A DNA stretch of 64,000 bases from Planctomycetota bacterium (lineage in GTDB: Bacteria; Planctomycetota; PLA2; JAEUHO01), in assembly GCA_050248855.1 (NCBI GenBank), contig JBFWRP010000001.1:64001-128000 (forward strand). Direction: 5' to 3'. Both the position numbers and the translations under genes were made by a program. The stretch's first letter is position 1, and each line of letters starts with the position of its first letter. The notes beneath the pieces are model-generated. The model saw nothing but the letters and a program-made list of their open reading frames with translations. It had not been told where the DNA came from and did not search any database. Shown piece after piece: positions 19,601-28,447 of the stretch.

Positions 19601-20245
19601 ATGGGGCGCCTCGACAGCCTGCTGCTGGTGACGGCACTCCTCGTGGCGCTGGGCGCCGTCGGCTACGGCGTCATGGAGGCCGCGCGGCCCGCCGGCGAGG
19701 CGGGGTCGACGACCCTGCTCGGCGGCGTGCTGGGCGGGCAGCTGCACGCGGGCGTGGACCCCCTGCGGCCGCCTGGCCTGCCCGAGGGGGCCCGGATCGA
19801 CCCGGCGACGGGCCGCTTGGTGGGCGTCCGGGCGGCTGACGGCGACGGCGCCCGGGGACTCGCGTGGGAGGACCTCGCGCTGCCAGACGGCCTCGTGGAC
19901 ATGGCCGAGATGCCGGCCGCCGTCCGGGCGCTCGAGGGTCAGCGCATCGCGCTGATCGGGTTCGTGTCGCCGGCGTTCGATCCCGTCGCGTTCCGCCATT
20001 TCTTCCTGGTGGCGTCCACCTTCGCCTGCTGCTTCGGTCAGCCACCGGGGCTCGACGGCCTGCTCGAGGTGCGCCTCGCGGAGTCGGCAAGCCCGCTCGA
20101 CATGGACCCACGGCCCCACGTCGTCAGCGGCATCCTGCGCATCGAGCCGCTGCGCCTGCGCGAGTCCCCCGACGCGCCGATCGTCCTGCTCTTCCATCTG
20201 GACGAGGCCCGGGCGTGGGCGCTCGGCGGTGACTCCGGCGGGTAG
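19601..20245 (+). CDS. DUF3299-like protein (paralog 1)
   Basis: ALEGQRIALIGFV, FFLV...ACCFGQPP, VSGILR. Lies downstream of the ABC pair. Confidence 0.75.
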   Translation: MGRLDSLLLVTALLVALGAVGYGVMEAARPAGEAGSTTLLGGVLGGQLHAGVDPLRPPGLPEGARIDPATGRLVGVRAADGDGARGLAWEDLALPDGLVDMAEMPAAVRALEGQRIALIGFVSPAFDPVAFRHFFLVASTFACCFGQPPGLDGLLEVRLAESASPLDMDPRPHVVSGILRIEPLRLRESPDAPIVLLFHLDEARAWALGGDSGG

Positions 20246-20254
20246 GGTAGGTCC

Positions 20255-20887
20255 GTGCCTCGCCGCCGTTTCGACGTGCTGTTCGTGCTCCTGGTGATCG
20301 GCGGTGTCATCGCCGCCTGGGGGCATGCCTTTGCGCGCACGGCGTCCGATCCCGCCGCACGCCTGCGCGCGGACGGACGGCTTCCACCGCGGCGCATCGT
20401 CATGGCCCAGGACCCGCTTGGCGGCATGAGCGCACAGGCGCAGCTTCCCGAGGGCGTGTCCATCGACCCCGTCACCGGAGCGCTCGTCGGCTTGGCGCTG
20501 GAGGCCGAGCCCGGCGTGACGCCGCTGCCGTGGGAGGTGCTGCGCGCCTACGAGGTGCAGCCGGGCCTCGCCGGGCTCCCCGAGGACATCCGTGCGCTGG
20601 ACGGCCAGCGCGTCGTGATGCTGGGCTTCCTGCAGCCCGAGTACGACTACGAGGACATCGCCCGGTTCACGCTCGTCGAGAGCCATTGGAGCTGCTGCTA
20701 CGGCGTGCCCGCAGGACTCAACGGAAGCGTCTACGTGCAGCTGGCCGACGAGGCCCCCCGTCTGCACCTGACCGTCCAGCCCGTGCGCGTGAAGGGCACC
20801 TTCCGGGTGCGCGAGCAGAAGGAGGGGCGCATCGTCTTCAGCGTGTTCGCCCTCGACGACGCCGAGGGGCAGATCCTGGGCTGGTGA
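20255..20887 (+). CDS. DUF3299-like protein (paralog 2)
   Basis: ALDGQRVVMLGFL, FTLV...SCCYGVP, VKGTFR. Confidence 0.75.
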   Translation: MPRRRFDVLFVLLVIGGVIAAWGHAFARTASDPAARLRADGRLPPRRIVMAQDPLGGMSAQAQLPEGVSIDPVTGALVGLALEAEPGVTPLPWEVLRAYEVQPGLAGLPEDIRALDGQRVVMLGFLQPEYDYEDIARFTLVESHWSCCYGVPAGLNGSVYVQLADEAPRLHLTVQPVRVKGTFRVREQKEGRIVFSVFALDDAEGQILGW

Positions 20888-20890
20888 CCC

Positions 20891-20988
20891 GTACGGAGGC
20901 GGGAAAACATGTTGCAGGCGGCTCGGGCGGCGCCGCGGGCGTCGGGCGTGCGCCTGGCAGCCTGCAACAAGATTTCCCGCCTCCGTAC
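20891..20988. repeat. ~98-bp palindromic element, copy 1 (28-bp inverted arms)
   Basis: GTACGGAGGCGGGAAAACATGTTGCAGG (20891-20918) vs CCTGCAACAAGATTTCCCGCCTCCGTAC (20961-20988), 26/28 complementary. Confidence 0.85.
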
Positions 20989-21111
20989 CCTCGCCTCCGC
21001 ACTACCCTGCGCCGCTGCTCCTTGACAAACCGACGACGACGCACGCTCCCGCGAGCCACGTCCCTGCCCACTTGGCGGGAGGTGTGGACCGCGGGACGCC
21101 ACGGCCCTCGA

Positions 21112-21465
21112 GGGGGCGAACGGATTCGACCGGAAGCCGGTCGGTTCGGGTGGCGCGCCGGGGGGCCGGACGAACCCCGTCAACAAGCGCCCGGAAACCA
21201 CAGTTGCCAACAGCAACTACGCTCTCGCCGCCTAGTCGCGGCGCGGCCCCTCCTCTCTGCCCACCAGGGGAGTCGGGCCGCCATACGGTGGGCTGGTCGA
21301 GGTGTCGCCGCGGGTCGGCAGCTTGACGAGACTCTACCCGCTGGCCTTCGGCGAAGCCTGTCCCGGGCGTTTCCGCGGGTGAGACCTGAAGTACACGGAC
21401 TACGCGCGTAGAGGCTCGGCTCGGCCCTTCTCGGGACGGGGGTTCGATTCCCCCCGCCTCCACCA
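21112..21465 (+). ncRNA. ssrA: tmRNA; tag peptide (A)ANSNYALAA at 21206-21235
   Basis: 5' GGGGGCG..GGATTCGAC pairs with 3' GGTTCGATTCC..CGCCTCCACCA (G3:U wobble, encoded CCA). Tag ORF ends YALAA-TAG. Confidence 0.97.
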
Positions 21466-21514
21466 TCCTCGCGGTCCTTGCGTCGTCGTCGTTGCGGAGC
21501 CAGGGCTCCCTCGT

Positions 21515-21532
21515 GCGAACCGACCGGTTCGC
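21515..21532 (-). promoter_or_regulatory. Putative bacterial SECIS hairpin
   Basis: GCGAACC-GGTC-GGTTCGC, starting 14 nt after the in-frame TGA (21549-21547) of the redoxin gene. Confidence 0.7.
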
Positions 21533-22389
21533 TAGCGCTTGACGCTTCAGCCGAACGGCTGGGTCGTCGCCTCTTCGACGGGCTTGCCGGCACGCACTGC
21601 CGCGATCGCATCCTTGAGGTAGTCGCGGCGTTCGTCGCCCTCCAGGACCTCGTGCAGGTCGTTGTCGAGCGCGCCCCGGTAGCGGACCACACCGTCCTTG
21701 TCGACCAGGATGTAGTGGGGTGTGCTCGTTGCGCCCAGCGGCCCGCCCAGGGCGAAGTCGGGGTCCTGCAGCACGCGCAGCGGGAACCCGTAGCGCTCCT
21801 GGAACTTGCGGACGGCTTCCGCGTCATCGGGCTTGTTCACCAGGACGCCGAAGGCGCGAACGCCGGTGCTGGCCAAGGCGGCCTGCGTACGCTGGTTGAG
21901 CTTCTTGCACGTCGCACACTTGGGTGACCAGGCGATGTACACCGTCGGCTGGCCCGCGGCGCCGGCCACCCAGGACTTGAGGTCCTCGAGCGTCGTGAGG
22001 CTCGCGAGCTGCTCCTCCGTGGCGATCCGACCGACATGCGAGCCCGCGCGGTTGACCAGGGCCAGGAGCCGGTCCTCGTCGACCGCCCCGTCCTCGTCCT
22101 TGACGCCCGCGAGATCGCGCAGGGGCGTGCTCCACGGACAGTCGGCCCCCGCGCCGGCGTCGACAGCCACCTTGCGCACGAGGGCCTCCACGGCAGCGGC
22201 GGGAACATCGAGCGCGGCGCTGTCGAAGGCCTGGTCGTCGACGTCCTTGGTCTGGAGGCGGGGCAGCTTGTCCCCGATGGCCGTCGGCGCGGGCGGCGCC
22301 TCGGTGGCCGTCTCCTCCGCCGCGACGGGGGCAGCTCCGACGAGTGCCCAGACGAGGGCTGCGGCGAGCAGGTAGCGGATCGGCTTCAT
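21532..22389 (-). CDS. Exported redoxin (AhpC/TSA thioredoxin-fold) protein, probable selenoprotein
   Basis: Signal peptide, CATC, GATSTPHY, YRGALD. Ends PFG-TGA-SVKR-TAG. The ORF track stops at 21547. Confidence 0.8.
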
Positions 22390-22739
22390 GAATCACTCCT
22401 GGGAGGCGCATCGGCAACCCCGATTCCTGGGGGGGCGCCGTCAGCTGGGCCCCAGGGTACGCCCGGACCGCGGCCCGGCGGCAGTTCGGTGCGCCCCGCG
22501 GCCGTCGAGTCGTCCACCTGGGCGTCGGGCGCGCGGCGGACGGGCTTGGCCGCCCGCACCCACAGCACCATGACGGTGAGCAGCCCGAGGAAGGACCACA
22601 GCTCGACGTCGTTCCAGGCGAGGCGTCCGTGCGCCAAGCGATACAGCACGCGCAGCAACCAGAGCGTGCCGACGCCGGCCGCCACGTAGGCGATCGTCTT
22701 CCGTACCCGGTCCGCCGCTCGAGGAGAGAGGCCGCTCAT
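22386..22739 (-). CDS. Small two-TM membrane protein
   Basis: MSGLSPRAADRVRKTIAYVAAGVG...; ATGA overlaps with both neighbours. Confidence 0.7.
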   Translation of the reverse strand: MSGLSPRAADRVRKTIAYVAAGVGTLWLLRVLYRLAHGRLAWNDVELWSFLGLLTVMVLWVRAAKPVRRAPDAQVDDSTAAGRTELPPGRGPGVPWGPADGAPPGIGVADAPPRSDS

Positions 22740-23956
22740 GCCGAGTCGTCCTCGGGGTCCACGGCGAGCAGCCAGCCGGCCAGGTAGCGACCGACCTCGC
22801 CATCGCCCGCGCGCGGGTGATCGGGCCCGGCCTCCAAGGAACGCAGCACGCGGAAGCTGCGGCGGCAGTCGCGCGCCGCGCTGCGGACCGTCTCCAGCAG
22901 CTCGGCGGCGCCCATCCGTGCACTGCAGACGAACGTGGCGAGGACGCCGCCCCGAGCCGCGATGCGCCCGAGCGCCTTCACGTTGAGCTCGCGGTACGCC
23001 TTCCACGCCGCACGCGCCTCCCCGCGTCGCGGGAAGAAGCTCGGCGGGTCCACGACCACCACGTCGAACCGCCGCCGCTGGTCGCGCAGCAGGGCCAGCG
23101 CTTCGCGGACGTCCGCTACGTGGACCTCGAAACGATCGGCGGCGTCCGCCAGGGCGGCGTGCTCGCGGGCGCGCGCCACGCTGCGCTCGCTTGCATCGAC
23201 CGCGATGCTGCTGTCCGCACCCGCGCGGAGGGCCTGGACGGAGAAGCCTCCGGTGCCGGCGTAAAGGTCCAGCAGGGTGCGCCCCGCGCAAAGCTCGGCC
23301 ACGCGCAGGCGGTTCTCGCGTTGGTCCACGAAGTGACCGGTCTTCTGGCCGACGCGGGGCTCCACGACCAGGCGCATCCCCGCCTCCACGACGTCCACGC
23401 GCTCGGGGCACGGCTCGCCCAGCGCGAAGGCGGGGCCGCCCTCGTCCGCGTCGAGGCCCTCCTCGGCTTCGTAGCCCGAGGGCCTCGACACCAAGCAGCG
23501 GGCTCCGCTCGCACGCAGGAGGTGTGCACCGAGCGCCTCGCGCCGCGCCGCCATGGGCGCCGTCGCCCACTGCGCGACGAGCACGTCACCGTAGCGGTCC
23601 ACGACGAGCCCCGGCAGCCGGTCGCCTTCCGCGTGGACCAAGCGGTACGCGCTCGTGACGTCGGGATCGGGGAACAGCCGGGCCCGGAGCGCCACCGCGG
23701 CGTCGATGCGCGCGGCGAGCAGCGTGTCCACGTCCGGCCGGCTGGAGCCCCAGCAGAGGAGCCGCACGCGCAGCGCGCTGCCCGGGCTCTCCAGCCCGTA
23801 GCCGATGACGCGTCCCTCTTCGTCGTCGACGCGGACGACGTCGTCGTCGCCCGCGGCGTCGTCGTCGCGTGCGCCGACGACGCTCTGCGCATGCACCCAC
23901 GGGTGTCCATGCCAAAGGGGACGGGCATGTCCACGGCCCACGGTCAGGATGCGCAC
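22736..23956 (-). CDS. RlmI/RlmK-like class I SAM-dependent rRNA methyltransferase
   Basis: GHPWV (PUA), RLVHAEGDRLPGLVVDRY, GQKTGHFVDQRENR, LDLYAGTGGF, DPPSF. Confidence 0.92.
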   Translation of the reverse strand: MRILTVGRGHARPLWHGHPWVHAQSVVGARDDDAAGDDDVVRVDDEEGRVIGYGLESPGSALRVRLLCWGSSRPDVDTLLAARIDAAVALRARLFPDPDVTSAYRLVHAEGDRLPGLVVDRYGDVLVAQWATAPMAARREALGAHLLRASGARCLVSRPSGYEAEEGLDADEGGPAFALGEPCPERVDVVEAGMRLVVEPRVGQKTGHFVDQRENRLRVAELCAGRTLLDLYAGTGGFSVQALRAGADSSIAVDASERSVARAREHAALADAADRFEVHVADVREALALLRDQRRRFDVVVVDPPSFFPRRGEARAAWKAYRELNVKALGRIAARGGVLATFVCSARMGAAELLETVRSAARDCRRSFRVLRSLEAGPDHPRAGDGEVGRYLAGWLLAVDPEDDSA

Positions 23957-23966
23957 GGCTCGCTCC

Positions 23967-25064
23967 TCATCGCGACCGCCGCCGCCCGAAGCGGGATCGC
24001 CAGGTCGCCAGCCACGCGGCCTCCTCGGCCTCGAGCGAACGCCCGAGGAGGCCCTCGACGGAGCCGGGCGAGCGGCCCGCCAACAGCTCGCGGACGGCGA
24101 CGAGAACGCGCGCGGTGCGCTCGGGGTCCTCGGCGGTGAGCAGCACGCTCATCCAGCTGGCGGTCTGGTCGTAGTGCCGGCCCTCGAAGTCGCGGGCCTC
24201 CCGCGCCACGAGGTCGCGAAGCGGGGCCCACTGCCCCATGAGCAGGCGGCGACGAAAGCGGCCGTAACGCGCGATGTTCGTGGGCCGCGATCCGCTGTCG
24301 CCGAGCTGCTCGGCGTGGATGGCGATCCCCTCCCACAGCCAGAACCACGGCTGGCCGAACGCTTGCCCCCGACGCCCCGGCGGTCGCGCGAGGTCCAGCA
24401 GCTGATGCGTCATCTCGTGCCGGAGGTCCGCGACCCACGGCAGCGCCCCACGCGGCGCGGGCTCCGCGCACACGTTCACGATGCCCGTGGAGGCGTCGTA
24501 GAAGGCGCCCCACCCGACCGGCCCGGCCACGCGATGGGCGAGGTGCAACGCGAACTCGTCGCGGTCGGCCATCAGCAACACGACGACCGCATCGGCGGGA
24601 AAGCGCAGGTCCAGCGCATCGCCCCACGCCTCGTACACGCGCACGACGTGCTGCTCGGCCTCGCGTGCGACCGCGAGCGCGAAGTCGTACGCGACGTTGG
24701 TCCTGAGGACGACGTGGTCCGTCCGCACGACGTAGCCTGCCTCGACGGGCGTCTCGGGCGGGAGCGGCTGCTCTCGCGGCACGAGGTCGGGACCGACGCG
24801 CACGAGGCCCTGCGCGTACGCCTCCGCGTCGTCGCGAGCCACGTAGTGGAGGTCGTCCACGCGCACCCATCCCGCCTCCAACGGATCGGGAGCGGCACGT
24901 GCTGGCAGGCGCTCGCCCTCGGCCCGCCACGCCGGAAGACCCGGCGACACGCGGTCGGGGTGCAGACGGCCGAGCGGAAGGCCTCGGCAGCCCCCGGCAG
25001 CCAGCACGAGCAGCCACGCACCAAGTAGTGCGCGGCGCCAGACGGAGAGCAGGATCGCAGGCAC
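23967..25064 (-). CDS. Putative lipoprotein with HEXXH zinc-peptidase (DUF1570-like) domain; start uncertain
   Basis: LAAGGC lipobox-like. LRHEMTHQLL and WLWEGIA gluzincin motifs. Confidence 0.7.
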   Translation of the reverse strand: MPAILLSVWRRALLGAWLLVLAAGGCRGLPLGRLHPDRVSPGLPAWRAEGERLPARAAPDPLEAGWVRVDDLHYVARDDAEAYAQGLVRVGPDLVPREQPLPPETPVEAGYVVRTDHVVLRTNVAYDFALAVAREAEQHVVRVYEAWGDALDLRFPADAVVVLLMADRDEFALHLAHRVAGPVGWGAFYDASTGIVNVCAEPAPRGALPWVADLRHEMTHQLLDLARPPGRRGQAFGQPWFWLWEGIAIHAEQLGDSGSRPTNIARYGRFRRRLLMGQWAPLRDLVAREARDFEGRHYDQTASWMSVLLTAEDPERTARVLVAVRELLAGRSPGSVEGLLGRSLEAEEAAWLATWRSRFGRRRSR

Positions 25065-25146
25065 GAGCGGACGAGTCTCGCCCGATCCCGCGGTCGGGCC
25101 GCTGTTTCGTCCGCGCCCAGGCCCAAGGCCGTACGATCTGCCGCCC

Positions 25147-25671
25147 ATGCCGGCCCGGCGCCCCCCCTCCCCCTCCGGTCGCGAGCGCCGGGCTGCCGAC
25201 GCCGGAGGCGCCAAGGCGCCGAAGAAGGTCCTCCTCGCGACCAACCGCAAGGCGCGTCACACCTACGCGATCTCGCAGACGCTGGAGGCGGGCCTGGTGC
25301 TGCTGGGCAGCGAAGTGCGCTCGCTGCGCAATGGCCGCGCCAGCATTGCCGAGGGGTACGCGCAGCTCCGCGGCCAGGAGCTGTGGTTGCTCGGGATCCA
25401 CATCCCGCCGCTGCCGCAGGCGGCCGGCTTCGGTCACGAGCCGCTGCGGCCGCGTCTGTGCCTCTTGCACAAGGCCGAGCTGCGCAAGTGGCACCGCCTG
25501 CTCGAGGCGCCGGGGACCACCGTGGTTCCGCTCTCGCTGTACTTCCTCGGGAGCAAGATCAAGGTCGAGCTGGGCTTGGCGACCGGTCGCGGCAAGGGGG
25601 ACCGCCGCGAGCGCGAGAAGGAGAAGGAGGCGCGGCGCGAGATCCGCGACGCCAGCCGCCGGGACCGCTGA
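25147..25671 (+). CDS. smpB: SsrA-binding protein
   Basis: NRKARHTY, EAGLVLLGSEVRSLR, LLHKAE, VPLSLYF, KVELGLATG. Confidence 0.95.
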   Translation: MPARRPPSPSGRERRAADAGGAKAPKKVLLATNRKARHTYAISQTLEAGLVLLGSEVRSLRNGRASIAEGYAQLRGQELWLLGIHIPPLPQAAGFGHEPLRPRLCLLHKAELRKWHRLLEAPGTTVVPLSLYFLGSKIKVELGLATGRGKGDRREREKEKEARREIRDASRRDR

Positions 25672-25757
25672 CGCACCGACCGTCCCGCCTCCTGCAGAAT
25701 GCGCCCAGGTTCCGTCGTCGTATGCGCCGAAAGGTGTACGAGCGTCCCCGTCCCGCC

Positions 25758-27230
25758 ATGACCCTGACACCGCGCTATCGCCTGGGCCTCGCCCTGCTCG
25801 CCGCCCTCGCGGTGACGGACCTCTTCGTGTGGCTGTTCGTGCTGCCGGCCCGCCGCGGAAGCGCGGTGGCCGCGTCCGACACGCGCTTTGCCGCTTGGGA
25901 GCCCGAGGCGCCCCCCGACGAGCCCCTACCGGGGGCCGCGACCGCCGCCGGCTCGGGCCTGCGCGGCAGCGGGGACGGTCGCCCGGCCTCCTCGCGTCCC
26001 GCCGACCGGGACGGCGGCCCGGCGCCGCGCATGGAGCTGGTCGGCGCGCGCGTGGAGCTTCGTGCTGCGCTGGGTCGCCAGCCGACGGACTGGAACCGGA
26101 TCCGCGAGGTGCTCGCGGCTCGCCCCGACGCGCTCGACGACGAGCTCGTGGAGACGCTGCTCGAGCGCTTCGAGGAGGCACCGCTGGGGCGCGGACTGGT
26201 CGAAGCCTTCGCCGAGGCGCGCCATCCGAAGCTGTTCGACGAGCTGCTGGCGATCGCCGAGGAGCAGCTCGGCCGCGGCACGCTCGGCCAGATGGCCCTC
26301 GAGGCCCTCGGGGCCCTTCCCGACGTCGATCCTTCGCGCGCCGTCGATGCGATCGCGCCCCACTTGGGGGATGACCCCCGCGAGGACGCCCCCTGGCTGA
26401 CCGCGCTCGCGCGCCTGGGCGGAGAGCCGGGGCTCGCCACGCTCGTGCAGTACCTGGCCCGTAGCGACCATCCGGAGCGCATTCCCCAGAGCGCGGTGCA
26501 GGGGCTTCGCGTCGCGGACCGCGCGGCGGCCGGGCGCGTGTTGGCGGAGGCGTTCGAAGCCGCGCGCTCGGACGACGAGCGCGCCGTGCTTGCTCTCGTG
26601 GCCGGTGCCGTGAAGGCCGAAGGGCTCGAGCCCCGCCTGGTGGAGCTGCTGACCTCGACGGAGCAGGCCCACGTCGCAACGAACAGCGCACGCGCCCTGG
26701 CCGAGCAGCGGACCGCATCTGCCGTGGACGCCCTGGTCCGCGTGGGGCGATCCGACGGACCTGGCGCGCCGCAAGCGCGCTCCGCCCTGAACCAGATGCG
26801 CGGTGGCGAGATCGAACCCGATGCGCTGGATCGCCTGCGCGATCTGCTGCGCGAGGATGCGCCGTCGGCCACCACGATCATGGTCCAAGGCATCGCCATG
26901 GGGGTCCTCGGTGCGCAAGGCGACCTCTCGTCCCTGCCCCTCGTGGGCGAGCGCGTGGCCGCCGACGACGAAGCCGTGGCCGCTCCGGCCATCACGGCAC
27001 TCGGGGCCTATGGGGCGCACGCGCGCGGCGAGGTCGGCCGCCTCGTGGCGCGCTTCGATCGCTCGTCCGCGCCGGTGCAGGCCTCGATCGTGCAGGCCCT
27101 CGGGCGGATCGGAGGCGGAGACGCCGTCGAGGCGCTGCGCGGCTGGAGCGAGTCCAGCTCCACCCCTGCAACCCTGCGCAACCACATCCTGCATGCCTTG
27201 CGCGGAGCGCGTACGGTCGGCGGGCCGTAG
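25758..27230 (+). CDS. Membrane-anchored HEAT-repeat protein
   Basis: N-terminal TM and repeated ALEALG/ARALA/AITALG/QALGRIG units. Confidence 0.75.
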   Translation: MTLTPRYRLGLALLAALAVTDLFVWLFVLPARRGSAVAASDTRFAAWEPEAPPDEPLPGAATAAGSGLRGSGDGRPASSRPADRDGGPAPRMELVGARVELRAALGRQPTDWNRIREVLAARPDALDDELVETLLERFEEAPLGRGLVEAFAEARHPKLFDELLAIAEEQLGRGTLGQMALEALGALPDVDPSRAVDAIAPHLGDDPREDAPWLTALARLGGEPGLATLVQYLARSDHPERIPQSAVQGLRVADRAAAGRVLAEAFEAARSDDERAVLALVAGAVKAEGLEPRLVELLTSTEQAHVATNSARALAEQRTASAVDALVRVGRSDGPGAPQARSALNQMRGGEIEPDALDRLRDLLREDAPSATTIMVQGIAMGVLGAQGDLSSLPLVGERVAADDEAVAAPAITALGAYGAHARGEVGRLVARFDRSSAPVQASIVQALGRIGGGDAVEALRGWSESSSTPATLRNHILHALRGARTVGGP

Positions 27231-27254
27231 AGGCCGACGCCGCGGCGCACGGAC

Positions 27255-27575
27255 CTAGGGGAGGGGCCGGAAGTGCGGGAAGCGGCGCGTGGACTCGGCG
27301 AGGTCGGCGAGCGGGGGGAAATCGGCGACCTCCCCCATCTCGTTCCAGAGCGCCCCGACGACGGGGTGCTCATGGGCCTTCTGCGCCGCGTCGGCGTCCT
27401 TCCATTCGAAGATCTCGAGGATGGCGCCGTCGCTGCTGCGCGCCAACACGAACGGTCGATCGGTCACGAGCCCCGCCGCGACCAACGCGGGGCGGTGGCG
27501 CGCGACGAGGGCGTCCAGCGCGGCCTCGCGGCCACGGCGCGGACGGTAGATGGCGATGACGATCTCGCTTCCCAT
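27255..27575 (-). CDS. Small hypothetical protein (dimeric alpha/beta-barrel-like)
   Basis: Coding-like ORF, IVIAIYRP...LEIFEWKD. TATCAT hexamer upstream. Confidence 0.7.
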   Translation of the reverse strand: MGSEIVIAIYRPRRGREAALDALVARHRPALVAAGLVTDRPFVLARSSDGAILEIFEWKDADAAQKAHEHPVVGALWNEMGEVADFPPLADLAESTRRFPHFRPLP

Positions 27576-27655
27576 GGGGTCGGGATGATACTCGACGGCG
27601 CCATGGCCTCCCGCTTCCGCGTTCGCGTCCCCACCCGCCTCGGCCGAGCCTCGCC

Positions 27656-28447
27656 GTGAAGCGTGTCGTGGGCATCGACGTGGTCGAGGACCGCACCGAC
27701 GGCGCGCGCTGCGACGAGGGCTTCCTGCACCTGCGCCGCCTGCGTCTTGCCAACGTCTACGCCGACGGCACCCGCTCGGCGCCCTACGCCTGCGACGTCG
27801 TGACGCGGCGCCATGCCGACGCGGTCGCCGTGGCGCTCTACGACCACGACTCGGCGGGCCAGGTCCTCGTGTTGCTCCGCGCGGGCCTCAGGCCGCCGGT
27901 CGCGCTGCGCGGGAAGCGCCACGATCTCGTCCAGCCGGACCCGCGGACCTGGTTGCTGGTGCCGGAGGTCGTGGCGGGTGTCCTGGAAGACGACGACCGG
28001 GGCGCCGACGGCTTGCTCCGCCGCGCCCGCCTGGAGATCGCGGAAGAGGCTGGCCTCGACGTGCCGTTGGAGGCCATCGCCGTCCTGGGAGGGGCCTTCT
28101 TCCCCATGCCCGGAGCCGCCGAGGAGCGCGTCCACGTCGTGGCGGCGCCGTTCGACGCCGCGGCCCCGCGTGCGCCGACGGGTGACGGCAGTCCCATGGA
28201 GGAGGGCGGCCAGCTCATCGTGCTGCCGCTGGACGAAGCGATCCGCCGCTGTCGGCGCGGTGACGTGCCGGACGCGAAGAGCGAGATCGCGCTGCTGCGC
28301 CTGGCCGACCGCCTGGGCTACAGCGTGCACCACGGCCGACGCTGGTCGGACCTTCCCGCGGATGCGCAGCCCTCGGCAAGTCGGTGTGCGTGGCTGCTCG
28401 GCGACGACGTCAGGCAAACAGGTCCAGCTGCCCCGTCGGAAGCGTGA
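27656..28447 (+). CDS. NUDIX hydrolase (ADP-ribose pyrophosphatase-like)
   Basis: EVVAGVLE...ARLEIAEEAGL Nudix box, PG..EER, DAKSEIAL. Confidence 0.85.
   Translation: MKRVVGIDVVEDRTDGARCDEGFLHLRRLRLANVYADGTRSAPYACDVVTRRHADAVAVALYDHDSAGQVLVLLRAGLRPPVALRGKRHDLVQPDPRTWLLVPEVVAGVLEDDDRGADGLLRRARLEIAEEAGLDVPLEAIAVLGGAFFPMPGAAEERVHVVAAPFDAAAPRAPTGDGSPMEEGGQLIVLPLDEAIRRCRRGDVPDAKSEIALLRLADRLGYSVHHGRRWSDLPADAQPSASRCAWLLGDDVRQTGPAAPSEA

Noticed and set aside
21022..21050. TTGACA promoter for ssrA
   Set aside because: No acceptable -10 hexamer at 16-18 nt spacing.
21445..21500. Genomic island integrated at the tmRNA 3' end
   Set aside because: No integrase, no convincing duplicated ssrA 3' end and no composition shift. 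The resemblance of the palindrome arm (GATTTCCCGCCTCC) to the ssrA end is short and may be chance.
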